A DNA stretch of 64,000 bases, taken from Bacteroidota bacterium. GTDB taxonomy: Bacteria > Bacteroidota > Bacteroidia > Chitinophagales > Saprospiraceae. The stretch covers positions 453 to 64,452 of the forward strand of contig JAHEAR010000021.1 in assembly GCA_024642665.1 (NCBI GenBank), read 5' to 3'. This document shows, in pieces, positions 40,914 to 51,196 of the stretch. A model generated the notes under the pieces. That model was given only the letters and a program-made list of their open reading frames with translations. It searched no databases and was not told where the DNA came from. Both the position numbers and the translations under genes were made by a program. Each line of letters starts with the position of its first letter. The first letter of the stretch is position 1.

Positions 40914-41510
40914 TCAGCTTATTTCTAAAATCATATGATGTATATCCCTCACCTGCTCAATGAGTGATCGGCCACTATCATTGTAAATCACATAATCGGC
41001 TAAAGGGATTTTGTTCTGATCCGGCCATTGATGACTTATTCGCTGACGAACTTGTTCTGCACTTGTTTTGTCTCGATCGACTACGCGTTGAATTCTAGTC
41101 TCTTCGTCTGCAATGACAAGGATAATGGCGTCTAATCGGTCCGTTAAGTTTTCTTCGAAAAGGATAGCGCTTTCCTGAATCAGATATGGTGCTGCTTTCT
41201 GTTCTGATTCTTCTGCCCAGGCAAGTAAGTCATGATACACAGCCGGGTGAACGATTGCATTTAGTTTTTTTAATAGATTAGTATTGTTAAAAACCTTTGA
41301 GGCGATCCACTGCCGGTTTACGGAGCCATCCGGTAGAAATGCATCTCTTCCAAATAACGTTTGAACGCCGGATCGAACATTTTCGTTTTCATGCATTAAA
41401 ACTTTTGCACGATGGTCAGATTCATACACGGCGATACCCAATGTTTGAAACATACCGGCCACAGTAGATTTTCCTGAGCCAATTCCTCCTGTAAGTCCAA
41501 TGAGCTTCAT
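40914..41510 (-). CDS. coaE: dephospho-CoA kinase
   Basis: Starts MKLIGLTGGIGSGKST (P-loop). The ORF-track start at 41528 adds 6 residues. Confidence 0.9.
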   Translation of the reverse strand: MKLIGLTGGIGSGKSTVAGMFQTLGIAVYESDHRAKVLMHENENVRSGVQTLFGRDAFLPDGSVNRQWIASKVFNNTNLLKKLNAIVHPAVYHDLLAWAEESEQKAAPYLIQESAILFEENLTDRLDAIILVIADEETRIQRVVDRDKTSAEQVRQRISHQWPDQNKIPLADYVIYNDSGRSLIEQVRDIHHMILEIS

Positions 41511-41920
41511 AGCGATGTAAAGTTGCAAAGAATATAGATACTATTAGCTTTTTCCATTTTTCTTGAGGGAAACATTTATTTGCATGCAAAGGCAAAGGAA
41601 AAAAACCGCACGCAAGGAAAAAAAAGAAAAATCATAGAATACAAGTACCCCCATTTAGGGGGCAAAGGGGGTTCACGCGAGTAATGCGAATCAATTTCAA
41701 TGTAAAATTAGCACGCAATGGCAGAAGCGTCTTTTTTTTGTTTTTCCGGTGGATATTGTGTTGAGTCAAGATACCTTTCGGTCTCTTTGGTTTAGCACGA
41801 GGCGCCTTAGGCGCATGTTGTTGAGAGAGTTTAGTGGAATGACTATCGCCCTTTTAGAATTGAAGCGCTGTAAAAGATAGCCGAATTTATTTTCACCATA
41901 AGCCCTTCTTCTTCTCTGCC

Positions 41921-42592
41921 TTAAACAATAACATCTTCATCAATAAAATCAATTTTGATATTTAAATGCTTCGTATAGTCCTCAATAATTTCGAAATCCA
42001 TTTGACTAAAATCCTTCAAGGCAAGCAATAAATCATCCTGAACTGTAGATTTGTTAAACCCGATGATGATTAGTGCTTCTTCTGTATAAACTTCGTCCAG
42101 TACCGGTATCTCTTTTTGTTTGCAGTAGTTTAGAAAGTGGGGAAAAGCATCATAGCTTATTTTGATACTTGCTTTGGTCATGACATGACGTTCAACTTTT
42201 TGAGCGGCTTCAATGGCATTGGCTGTACTGGTTTTGTAAGCTTCTATTAAGCCGGGGATGCCGAGTTTGGTGCCACCAAAGTAGCGAACGACTACAGCAC
42301 AAATATTCGTTAAATCGTTTTTGACAAGCTGACCTAAAATGGGTTTTCCCGCTGAACCGGAAGGCTCCCCATCGTCATTTGATCGTTCAAGAGAAGCATC
42401 CGGATGAAGTCGAAGAGCCGAACAAAAATGACGTGCCTTTGGATGATCTTTTTTAATCGATTGCAGGAACTGACTAAACTCCTCTTCACTTCCAATCGGA
42501 CTTATATAAGCGAGAAACTTACTTCCACGTTCCATGTAATAGCCTTCAGCGGAGGAGGAGATGGTAATGAATTTGTCGCTTCTGTCGGGCAT
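41921..42592 (-). CDS. yigZ: IMPACT/YigZ family protein
   Basis: Motifs RHFCSALRL, DDGEPSGSAGKPIL and VVRYFGGTKLG. Confidence 0.85.
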   Translation of the reverse strand: MPDRSDKFITISSSAEGYYMERGSKFLAYISPIGSEEEFSQFLQSIKKDHPKARHFCSALRLHPDASLERSNDDGEPSGSAGKPILGQLVKNDLTNICAVVVRYFGGTKLGIPGLIEAYKTSTANAIEAAQKVERHVMTKASIKISYDAFPHFLNYCKQKEIPVLDEVYTEEALIIIGFNKSTVQDDLLLALKDFSQMDFEIIEDYTKHLNIKIDFIDEDVIV

Positions 42593-42598
42593 ATTGAG

Positions 42599-42858
42599 TG
42601 ATGTGGTGATTAGGTGATTTAGTTATTTAATGATTTCGTGATGAGGTCATATGTCGATTTAGTTTATTACCTCTCTGATCTATGCCTTCCGCTGAACTGA
42701 GCCCCATGCTATGCGCCCTTTGCCTATCGCCACCTGTTCTGCGTGTCTAATATTCTTATGTCCCATTGTTTAAATGATTATCTTTTAATCACTACATCAC
42801 CTAATCACCACATCAATCAATCTGTCTAAGGTCTCAGGTCAAAAAGTCTCATGTCTCC
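42599..42858. repeat. inverted-repeat-bounded (MITE-like) element followed by a GTC-phased heptamer block
   Basis: A 20-bp perfect inverted repeat (42599-42618 tgatgtggtgattaggtgat and 42796-42815) is built from 8-bp-period GTGATNNN/NNNATCAC units. It is followed by gtctaaggtctcaggtcaaaaagtctcatgtctcc, which ends 2 nt before the stop codon of the EamA-like gene. Confidence 0.6.
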
Positions 42859-42860
42859 TT

Positions 42861-43745
42861 TCACTGATGTTGCAAATGGGCATAAGCAATCAAAAGAATG
42901 GCAATAGTCGCAAACGTTACACCAATCCAATTTATGCGGCTAAGTTTTTCACGAAAAGCCATGACAGCCGTCAGCGTGGAAAGCAACAGGACAGTGACAT
43001 TGATCATCGGGTACAGAATCGAACCATTCCAGCCCTGGTTGAGCATGACCATGAGCAAATAGATCGAAAAGAAATTGGGAATGCCCAGAAGGATACCACC
43101 GATCACATCTCTGGAGGTGATCTTTAGTTTTTTTCTCAAAAATAACCATCCAAAGGATATCCAGCCAAAGACGGCCGCACTCCCAAAAGCATGTGTAGTA
43201 AATGCCAATTGGGATTCACCGGTGATCCCTGTTTTTTCAACAAAAAATAGCAGGATTTCAATAACAGCAGCCAGCACTAACACAATCATTAATATCCAGG
43301 GAAACGGTGTGTCACCTGCCAGATTGAATTTTTTTCCTTTTTGGTTTATGGCGATAATGGCCAGAATAGCAAGTGTAATACCTGAGATCTCCAATAATCC
43401 AAAATGCTCATGAAAAAACACTACCGTATAGGTGACCGTAAGGATCAGGGACATACGCTGCATTAATGAGGTCAGCGTGATCCCGGCGGTTTGAATAGCA
43501 TATGCATTTAAATTGAAGCCAACGATAAACAAGGCGCCCAGGATAACATCGAATTTGAACCAGGGGGATGTGATGATATCGCTTGAAAAAGGAACACTGA
43601 CCTGTGGATCGAGCAGCGTGCCCAGCATAAGGCAAACCGTGTAATTGATCACGATCGCATTAAAGGTGTTTACCTTGAAACGGGAGAAGAGCTTTAGGCC
43701 AATACCGATCAGGGTAGATGCTATAATATCCCAAAAGAAGATCAT
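42861..43745 (-). CDS. DMT/EamA-like transporter
   Basis: 294 aa with about 10 TM helices and a two-fold internal repeat architecture. Confidence 0.65.
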   Translation of the reverse strand: MIFFWDIIASTLIGIGLKLFSRFKVNTFNAIVINYTVCLMLGTLLDPQVSVPFSSDIITSPWFKFDVILGALFIVGFNLNAYAIQTAGITLTSLMQRMSLILTVTYTVVFFHEHFGLLEISGITLAILAIIAINQKGKKFNLAGDTPFPWILMIVLVLAAVIEILLFFVEKTGITGESQLAFTTHAFGSAAVFGWISFGWLFLRKKLKITSRDVIGGILLGIPNFFSIYLLMVMLNQGWNGSILYPMINVTVLLLSTLTAVMAFREKLSRINWIGVTFATIAILLIAYAHLQHQ

Positions 43746-43878
43746 CCGAATATTGGTTTAGGTCTCTATTAACAGGCCAAAATTAATTTTTTGATAATCT
43801 TTGTACCTGATTTTGCTGTTTACCAGCTGATCATCATTCATTTTTACTTCATCGTACAACTTTATATATCTATCATCC

Positions 43879-44415
43879 GTGGAACAAAGTCTTAGCCAAT
43901 ACGATAGTGTCATCCATACCTGCAAGGCCTTATTCCTTCGTAAAAACAAGGATTACGGTACGGCATGGCGGATACTCAGACTATCTTCTCTCACAGACCA
44001 AATCTACATCAAGGCTTCCCGCGTCAGAACGATCGAAGAACAAGGTACACGTAAAGTGGAAGACCGCGTGGAGGATGAATATATAGGCATGATCAACTAC
44101 TGCCTGATGGCGCTTATCCAGCATGATCTGGAGGATGGTGCCGAGCAAGATATCCCTATTGCGGTACTGGAGCCTTTATATGATACCTGCGTCAGTAAGA
44201 CCAGACAGCTTTTTCAGGATAAAAACCATGACTACGGGGAGATTTGGCGGGATATGCGGATCAGTAGCTATACGGATCTGATTCTGATGAAGATCCTCCG
44301 CATCAAACAGATAGAAAATAACGAAGGACTTCTTCTGGCTTCAGAGGGAGTAGATGCCAATTATATGGACATCATCAATTATTGCATTTTTGCGTTAATC
44401 CGTTTAGAAGAATAA
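43879..44415 (+). CDS. DUF1599 domain protein
   Basis: Two internal repeats: KNKDYGTAWRILRLSSLTDQIYIKASRVRTIEE and KNHDYGEIWRDMRISSYTDLILMKILRIKQIE. It starts at GTG. Confidence 0.8.
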   Translation: MEQSLSQYDSVIHTCKALFLRKNKDYGTAWRILRLSSLTDQIYIKASRVRTIEEQGTRKVEDRVEDEYIGMINYCLMALIQHDLEDGAEQDIPIAVLEPLYDTCVSKTRQLFQDKNHDYGEIWRDMRISSYTDLILMKILRIKQIENNEGLLLASEGVDANYMDIINYCIFALIRLEE

Positions 44416-44423
44416 CAAACCAT

Positions 44424-45896
44424 ATGACACTTCAAGTTCTCATTTTATACATTGCCATTATTGCCATCGTACTCACTGCGTTAATTGGTTTTTTGAAAAA
44501 AGGCCATAAAAACTGGGGGATGACTTTCCTTCAAAACTTCACCGGTGTGCTGTTTATCATTTCCGGTTTAGTCAAGGCGGTTGATCCCATGGGTACTGCC
44601 TTTAAGATGGAGCAATATTTTACAGAATTTCAGTACACGTTTGCTGATACTGCGATGAGTTTTATAGCGCCGATATTCCCCTTTTTGAGCAGTATATCGC
44701 TTGTGTTTTCGGTCGGTATGATTCTGTTCGAGATAGTCCTTGGACTGATGCTGATTATTGGCTATAAATCAAAACTGACGAGTTGGGCGTTCCTTCTTCT
44801 GGTGGTCTTTTTTACCATTCTGACCGGCTTTACCTACATGACCGGATACGTGCCGGGGGATGTCAATTTCTTTCAATTTGGAGACTGGGGCCCTTATACG
44901 GCCACGAATATGAGAGTAACGGATTGTGGATGTTTCGGAGATTTTATCAAGTTGGAACCAAAGACTTCGTTTTTTAAGGATATCGTTTTGCTGGTACCGG
45001 CTATCTATTTTGTTTTTCGTCATAAGGACATGCATCAGTTGTTTACACCTAAAATGGGTATGTCAATCGTTAGCGCGACAACGGTTTTTCTTCTGTTTTT
45101 CTGTCTGAGTGGTTTCTATTGGGGATTACCCATGGTCGATTTCAGACCTTTTAGCGTAGGCACTGATTTATATGAAAAGAAAACGCTCGAGGAAGAGGCC
45201 GCAGCTTCTGTGACGGTGGTCGCCTGGAAAATTCAAAACAGAGAAAGCGGGGAGATTCAGGAGATTCCTAATGCAGATTTCCTGAAGAATCTGGCGAATT
45301 ATCCGAAGGATAAATGGGAGGTGCTTGAGCAAATCAAAACAGAACCGGCTATTCCGGCTACCAAAGTGAGTGAGTTTTCAATCATGAGTCACGATGGATT
45401 TGATCTGGCGGAAGATATTCTGACCGATGAGGGAGATGTATTCCTTATTGTTGCCTATAAATTAAAAGGAGAACCATACGATGAATCGATCATGGTCTCT
45501 GATACAGTTTGGGTAGTCGATTCCCTGAATGTAGGGACAGATAGTCTTATGCTGGTTAAAAGCATTGACAAAATCGATTCACACAAAGAGATTATTGAAA
45601 GATACAAGTGGGACGAAGATTATATCAAATGGTATACGGACAAGGTAAATCCATTGATGGACAACGTCATGCAACAAGGTGCTACGGTATACGCACTGGC
45701 TGGTGGGGCAGGAGAGGAAAAGCTGGCTTCCTTTAAGGAGGCTACAGACAGTCGGGTAGAATGGTATGAAGTGGATGATATTCTGTTGAAGACAATCATT
45801 CGTTCCAACCCGGGGGTAGTCCATCTAAAAGGTGGTAAAGTGATGAACAAGTGGCATATCAAACACCTGCCAAAAACCTTGGATTTAGAAAAATAG
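44424..45896 (+). CDS. BT_3928-family protein (DoxX-like membrane N-terminus plus soluble C-terminal domain)
   Basis: Several N-terminal TM helices and the TDCGCFGDF motif. I recall it being commonly paired with DUF1599, but this was not verified. The ATG at 44424 avoids overlapping the upstream gene. Confidence 0.7.
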   Translation: MTLQVLILYIAIIAIVLTALIGFLKKGHKNWGMTFLQNFTGVLFIISGLVKAVDPMGTAFKMEQYFTEFQYTFADTAMSFIAPIFPFLSSISLVFSVGMILFEIVLGLMLIIGYKSKLTSWAFLLLVVFFTILTGFTYMTGYVPGDVNFFQFGDWGPYTATNMRVTDCGCFGDFIKLEPKTSFFKDIVLLVPAIYFVFRHKDMHQLFTPKMGMSIVSATTVFLLFFCLSGFYWGLPMVDFRPFSVGTDLYEKKTLEEEAAASVTVVAWKIQNRESGEIQEIPNADFLKNLANYPKDKWEVLEQIKTEPAIPATKVSEFSIMSHDGFDLAEDILTDEGDVFLIVAYKLKGEPYDESIMVSDTVWVVDSLNVGTDSLMLVKSIDKIDSHKEIIERYKWDEDYIKWYTDKVNPLMDNVMQQGATVYALAGGAGEEKLASFKEATDSRVEWYEVDDILLKTIIRSNPGVVHLKGGKVMNKWHIKHLPKTLDLEK

Positions 45897-46021
45897 TCCG
45901 TTAAACCGACTGCTTAAGGCAACATATTTGTAAAATTATTATTCGTTTTACTTCAGTAAGTTCAAATATGTTTTAATTTCGCGGAATAATGTTCGTTGAA
46001 TCAATCTGAGGCATAACCGAT

Positions 46022-46960
46022 ATGGTAAGTAGGAGAAGTATAAGGGTTAAGATCATGCAATTACTTTATTCCCTGGATCGAGACCCCGGTGTTAATGCAA
46101 ATGAGCTGCTTAAAAGCTATGACAAATCAGTAGATCTGGCCTACGAAAGCCTGTTGTTTAACCTCTTCCTCTTATTAGAAGTATTTCATCAATCTGTAGC
46201 TGACAGGGATGCGCGCCATGGTAAATTGAGACCGGGGGCTGATGATCCTTTGTGGAATGCAAAACTGTACCAGAATTCATTGGTGCAAAGTCTGGTGCAA
46301 AACAACTCATTGCAGGGTTATTTTAAAAAACGATTTGGCGCTATCAAACCGGATCAGGATCTGATGATGAAGATCTATAAGACCTTTTCAAAAACCCCGG
46401 AATATCGCGAATATGTCCTTGGGGAAACTGATGAAGCAGCCCACCGCGAATTTTTACTGAATACCTACAGAGATCTCCGTAAAAATGAGATTTATGAAGA
46501 AATTATTGACGAACAATACTCCTTTTGGCTGGAGGATAAATCACTCGTCATAGGTGCTATAAAGAAAATCATCAAGCAGCTGCCGGAAGTCAATGAGAAG
46601 TTTTATGAGGAATACCTTCCTGATGATGAAACTGTTCTAGAATTTGGTCGCAGATTGTTGGAGGTGACGATGGAGCAAGCAGATGTTTTGGAGAAACTCA
46701 TTGAACCTACGCTTAAAAACTGGGAGATGGAGCGCCTTGCTATTCTTGATGTGATCATCATAAAGATGGCCTTAGTGGAGTTCATTTATTTTCCAACGAT
46801 TCCAACCAAGGTAACGCTCGATGAGTATGTTGACATCTCAAAAGAGTACAGCACACCAAAAAGCAAGGACTTTGTCAATGGAATTTTAGATACACTGATG
46901 AAATCACTTTTGGAAGAAGGCAATATTCAGAAAGAAGGTCGGGGACTCTTAGAAGATTAA
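46022..46960 (+). CDS. nusB: transcription antitermination factor NusB (long form)
   Basis: The C-terminal NusB core reads ERLAILDVIIIKMALVEF...EYVDISKEYSTPKSKDFVNGILD. Confidence 0.85.
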   Translation: MVSRRSIRVKIMQLLYSLDRDPGVNANELLKSYDKSVDLAYESLLFNLFLLLEVFHQSVADRDARHGKLRPGADDPLWNAKLYQNSLVQSLVQNNSLQGYFKKRFGAIKPDQDLMMKIYKTFSKTPEYREYVLGETDEAAHREFLLNTYRDLRKNEIYEEIIDEQYSFWLEDKSLVIGAIKKIIKQLPEVNEKFYEEYLPDDETVLEFGRRLLEVTMEQADVLEKLIEPTLKNWEMERLAILDVIIIKMALVEFIYFPTIPTKVTLDEYVDISKEYSTPKSKDFVNGILDTLMKSLLEEGNIQKEGRGLLED

Positions 46961-47029
46961 TCGGTCGTGAGTAGTTTGATTTGACAAGCTAAATTATTCA
47001 TACAACTATAAAATTTTAGCCATACCCTG

Positions 47030-48574
47030 ATGAAGGAAAAAGTACTCATACTTGACTTCGGAGCGCAATACACGCAGTTGATCGCCCGCCGTGTCCGTGA
47101 ACTGGAAATCTACAGTGAAATCATTCCTTACAATGCCCTGCCGGAAACTATTCCTTCAGATGTAAAAGCATTAATCCTTTCGGGAAGTCCATTTTCGGTG
47201 CGTGATGAAAATGCCCTTAAGCCTGATATATCAGCATGGGTTGGCAAGATGCCTATCCTTGGCATTTGCTATGGTGCACAATATATCGCTGATACGTTTG
47301 GAGGTGAAGTCGCGCGCTCTGATCGCCGTGAATACGGAAAAGCTCACCTGAATATCCTGAATGCAAACCATCCTCTTTTTGTAAATATGCCTCAGGACTC
47401 TCAGATCTGGATGTCACATGGAGATACCATTCTGGAAATGCCAAAAGGATTTGAATTGCTTGCCAACACAGAAAGTATTCCGGTGGCTGCCTACGCCAGT
47501 CAACCCGGACAATTTGGCGAAATGATTTGCTGCGTGCAGTTTCATCCTGAAGTGACCCATTCTCTGGATGGCCAGGTGATGCTATCTAATTTCCTCAGAG
47601 GGATAGCAGGGCTTACTGAGCGATGGACGCCTGATCAGTTTATTGAAGAGACCATTGAAAATATTAGGGGGCTCACGAATGGAGAAGAAGTGCTAATGGC
47701 ACTTTCAGGTGGTGTAGATAGTACCGTCGGCGCGATTCTATTGCATAAGGCAATAGGTGATAAGCTCCACTGTTTTTTTGTTGATAATGGCTTATTACGA
47801 AAAAATGAATTTGAAGAAGTGCTTAAAAATTATGAAGGCATGGGACTCAATATTCATGGGATTGATGCAAAAGAAAAGTTTTATACTGCACTGAAAGACG
47901 TGACGGATCCTGAGTCAAAAAGGAAAGCCATCGGCAGATTGTTTATTGAAGTTTTTGAAGAGGAAGCTGCGGCTTACCCGGAAGTCAAATGGCTTGGACA
48001 AGGAACAATATATCCCGATGTCATTGAATCTGTCTCCGTGCATGGGCCATCCGCCACTATCAAATCGCACCACAATGTTGGTGGGTTGCCGGAGCATTTA
48101 AAATTAAAGATTGTTGAGCCATTGCGCATGTTGTTTAAGGACGAGGTGCGCCAGGTCGGAAAAGCACTTGGGATCAATAAAGATTTACTCGGCAGACATC
48201 CATTTCCCGGACCCGGATTAGCAATACGGATAATCAGTGATGTCACGCCGGAAAAAGTCAGAACACTTCAGGAGGCAGATGCTATTTATACCGCCATTCT
48301 TCGCAAGCATGGCTGGTATGATAAAATCTGGCAATCCGGGGCAATATTGCTCCCGGTTTTATCCGTTGGAGTCATGGGTGATGAGCGGAGTTATGAAAAT
48401 GCAGTGGCGCTCAGAGCGGTCAATTCAATGGATGGCATGACGGCTGAGTGGAGTAAAATTCCACACGAAATACTTGCTGAGATTTCCAGTGAGATCATTA
48501 ATAAAGTAAAGGGCATCAACAGAGTCGTCTATGATATCAGTACAAAGCCACCGGCTACGATTGAATGGGAATAA
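47030..48574 (+). CDS. guaA: GMP synthase (glutamine-hydrolysing)
   Basis: GATase domain (GICYGAQ, FHPEV), ATP-PPase motif SGGVDS, and the C-terminal ending PPATIEWE. Confidence 0.98.
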   Translation: MKEKVLILDFGAQYTQLIARRVRELEIYSEIIPYNALPETIPSDVKALILSGSPFSVRDENALKPDISAWVGKMPILGICYGAQYIADTFGGEVARSDRREYGKAHLNILNANHPLFVNMPQDSQIWMSHGDTILEMPKGFELLANTESIPVAAYASQPGQFGEMICCVQFHPEVTHSLDGQVMLSNFLRGIAGLTERWTPDQFIEETIENIRGLTNGEEVLMALSGGVDSTVGAILLHKAIGDKLHCFFVDNGLLRKNEFEEVLKNYEGMGLNIHGIDAKEKFYTALKDVTDPESKRKAIGRLFIEVFEEEAAAYPEVKWLGQGTIYPDVIESVSVHGPSATIKSHHNVGGLPEHLKLKIVEPLRMLFKDEVRQVGKALGINKDLLGRHPFPGPGLAIRIISDVTPEKVRTLQEADAIYTAILRKHGWYDKIWQSGAILLPVLSVGVMGDERSYENAVALRAVNSMDGMTAEWSKIPHEILAEISSEIINKVKGINRVVYDISTKPPATIEWE

Positions 48575-49934
48575 TCACTATCTCCTTGTATTGGCGATTG
48601 CATTGATCTGTTCCTGCACTTCTCAAAAGCGCACAATTGACAAGCCGGTCACTACGAAGGATCCTAAATTGGAACAGGCCGGGGAGATGGTTGAAAAGTA
48701 TGATCCGGCTACCGGCAAAATAATTCTTGTTCCTAGCGATGAGATAGTCGTGGATACGGTGCGATGGGTGGAAGATAGTACTCCCCCCATTGTCACGGAT
48801 GAAGATGTGAAGAGCATAATGCCGACTGCTGATCATCCGGTAGAGATCGCCTTGCTGATGCCATTTGATGCTTCCCGGGCTCCACTGTTCAGTGAGCAAC
48901 AGGATCCAAAACTAAATCGGTATTTACATTACTATGGGGGGATCGTACTGGCACTAGATGATCTGAAAGCATTGAATCTTCCGATTAACATCCAGGCTTT
49001 TGATGCTGAAGCGGTGACTAATTCGTTTCCAACGCTTTCTAAAAAGAGGGCTATACAACAGGCAGATGTTATCGTAGGGCCATACGAGAAAAGGGATATT
49101 GAAAGTTATGCTGCGCTGGGGCTGGCCAATGAAACCATGGTGATTTCCCCATGGCGTCCGGCGTTTCGCACAGAAGGTGAAAATCCATTCTTTCTCCAAT
49201 TATATGCCGGATTGGAAGCGCATGCGGAAGCCCTTATAACGTATATTCAAGAACAATACAGTGATGATGACGTGTATGTGGTAGGTCGGGATGCTGAAAG
49301 TGAACGAAATCGTGTGAAACTTTTTACGGAGAGTGATTCGCAGCTCTTTAAAGAACTGATTGTGACCGATACCACTCCTGATTTAATGGAAACGGATGTG
49401 CGAATCCTAATGGATACGCTTGAAACGACCGTTTTTGTTTTACCGTATTATTCAAGATCAGATGAAGCTTTTGTCAATGAATTTCTGAGGAAGCTGCATG
49501 AGGTCAATAATGTTCGCGATATCGTTGTTTTTGGCTTACCTCAATGGGTCGGTTTTACAAATCTCAATCCTAATTATCTGGAAAGCCTGGATCTGCATTT
49601 GAGTATTTCTTCCTTCATTGATGTTGATCATCCCGGGTATGATGATTTCAGAAAAAGGTTTTTCAACAAGTTTCATGTAGTTCCGGATATAAATGCCTTT
49701 ATGGGATATGATTTTATGGTGTGGTTGGCAAAATCAGTGAGTAAAGAAGGGCCGGAAGGGTTGATTCACCATCAAGACTTATTCAATGATGGATTTGCTT
49801 CTGGTTTTAATCTGCAACCTGTCTACAATGAGCATACGATTGAACTGAAAGAGATGAAAGTCCCATTATACTATGAAAACCGAAGGATAAGAATACTTCG
49901 CTATCAGGAACAGGATTTTAAATTGATTCGGTAG
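48531..49934 (+). CDS. lipoprotein with periplasmic-binding-protein type 1-like domain (hypothetical)
   Basis: Lipobox-like ALICSC. The body resembles Leu/Ile/Val-binding-fold proteins by eye only. The only ATG start overlaps the guaA 3-prime end by 44 nt, so the start is uncertain. Confidence 0.55.
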   Translation: MISVQSHRLRLNGNNHYLLVLAIALICSCTSQKRTIDKPVTTKDPKLEQAGEMVEKYDPATGKIILVPSDEIVVDTVRWVEDSTPPIVTDEDVKSIMPTADHPVEIALLMPFDASRAPLFSEQQDPKLNRYLHYYGGIVLALDDLKALNLPINIQAFDAEAVTNSFPTLSKKRAIQQADVIVGPYEKRDIESYAALGLANETMVISPWRPAFRTEGENPFFLQLYAGLEAHAEALITYIQEQYSDDDVYVVGRDAESERNRVKLFTESDSQLFKELIVTDTTPDLMETDVRILMDTLETTVFVLPYYSRSDEAFVNEFLRKLHEVNNVRDIVVFGLPQWVGFTNLNPNYLESLDLHLSISSFIDVDHPGYDDFRKRFFNKFHVVPDINAFMGYDFMVWLAKSVSKEGPEGLIHHQDLFNDGFASGFNLQPVYNEHTIELKEMKVPLYYENRRIRILRYQEQDFKLIR

Positions 49935-49935
49935 T

Positions 49936-51153
49936 TCAGGCTAGTGTGCTCAATGCCTCAGCAATCCGCTGTGCAGCATCCTTTATTTTAGCATCAGAAG
50001 TGGCATAGGATAATCTGATGCAATCAGGATTTCCAAAAGCGACCCCTGAAACTGTACTGACGTGTGCCTCCGACAGTAGAAACAAACTCATATCATCTGC
50101 GTCTTTGACATGATATCCTGTTGCCGATGTTTTACCAAAATAGCCCGATACATCAGGAAAAATATAAAATGCTCCCTGCGGGCGGTTAACGCGCAATAGC
50201 GGGATTTCTTCGAGCAGTCTGATGATGAGATCTCTTCGGCTTTTAAATGCTTTCACCATATCATGGGTTGGTCCATGATCAGCTGCCAGACCAACAGCAG
50301 CTGCTTTCTGTCCAAAGGAAGTCGCCCCACTAGTCACCTGCCCTTGTATTTTGGTGCAAGCCTTGGCAATCCATTCAGGACCGGCAGTATAGCCTAATCG
50401 CCACCCGGTCATCGCATAGCCTTTAGCCATACCATTAATAATGACCGTGCGATCTTTCATGCCTTCCAGAGCAGCTATCGTATAGTGATGATTGGTGAAA
50501 TTTATATGTTGGTATATCTCATCAGAAATGACGTACACATGTGGATGTCTCCGGAGCATGGCTGCCAGGGCCTCAAGTTCCTCCAGATTCAATACGGAAC
50601 CACTTGGATTACATGGGGAAGAGTATAAAATAAATTTTGTTCGCTCAGTGATGCCGGCTTCAATAGCCTCCGGAGAGCACTTAAAGTCATCATCAATCGA
50701 AGATGGAATCACAACCGGCGTAGCGCCTACCATTTTGACAATGCCATCATAAGATACCCAGTAAGGCGCTGGAAGGATAACTTCATCTCCAGGATCAAGA
50801 AGTGCTCTGCAAAGATTATAGACACTCTGTTTGGCTCCATTGGAGACCACAATTTCATTAAGGGAGTATTGAAGATTGTACTCTCTTGCAAGTTTGTCGA
50901 CAATAGCCTGCCTTAATTCAACCAATCCATTGACAGGGGTATATTTGGTATACCCTTCATCTAATGCGATTTTTGCTGCTTCCTTAATATGATGTGGGGT
51001 GTCAAAATCCGGTTCGCCAAGACTTAGGTCAATGATGTCCAATCCCTGAGCTTTTAATTCACGGGCCATGGAGGCCATTTTCAGCGTGGCTGATTCTTCC
51101 ATATCCCGAACAAGTTTGGAGACAGTTGGGGTTGATAGCTGACTTTCCTTCAT
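49936..51153 (-). CDS. class I/II pyridoxal-phosphate aminotransferase (aspartate aminotransferase-like)
   Basis: 405 aa with motifs SNGAKQS, NPSG and NGMAKGYAMTGWRLGY (PLP Lys). Confidence 0.88.
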   Translation of the reverse strand: MKESQLSTPTVSKLVRDMEESATLKMASMARELKAQGLDIIDLSLGEPDFDTPHHIKEAAKIALDEGYTKYTPVNGLVELRQAIVDKLAREYNLQYSLNEIVVSNGAKQSVYNLCRALLDPGDEVILPAPYWVSYDGIVKMVGATPVVIPSSIDDDFKCSPEAIEAGITERTKFILYSSPCNPSGSVLNLEELEALAAMLRRHPHVYVISDEIYQHINFTNHHYTIAALEGMKDRTVIINGMAKGYAMTGWRLGYTAGPEWIAKACTKIQGQVTSGATSFGQKAAAVGLAADHGPTHDMVKAFKSRRDLIIRLLEEIPLLRVNRPQGAFYIFPDVSGYFGKTSATGYHVKDADDMSLFLLSEAHVSTVSGVAFGNPDCIRLSYATSDAKIKDAAQRIAEALSTLA

Positions 51154-51196
51154 TTTGTAGGTTTATTCTTTATTTTGGCGCTAAGTTACCAACAGT

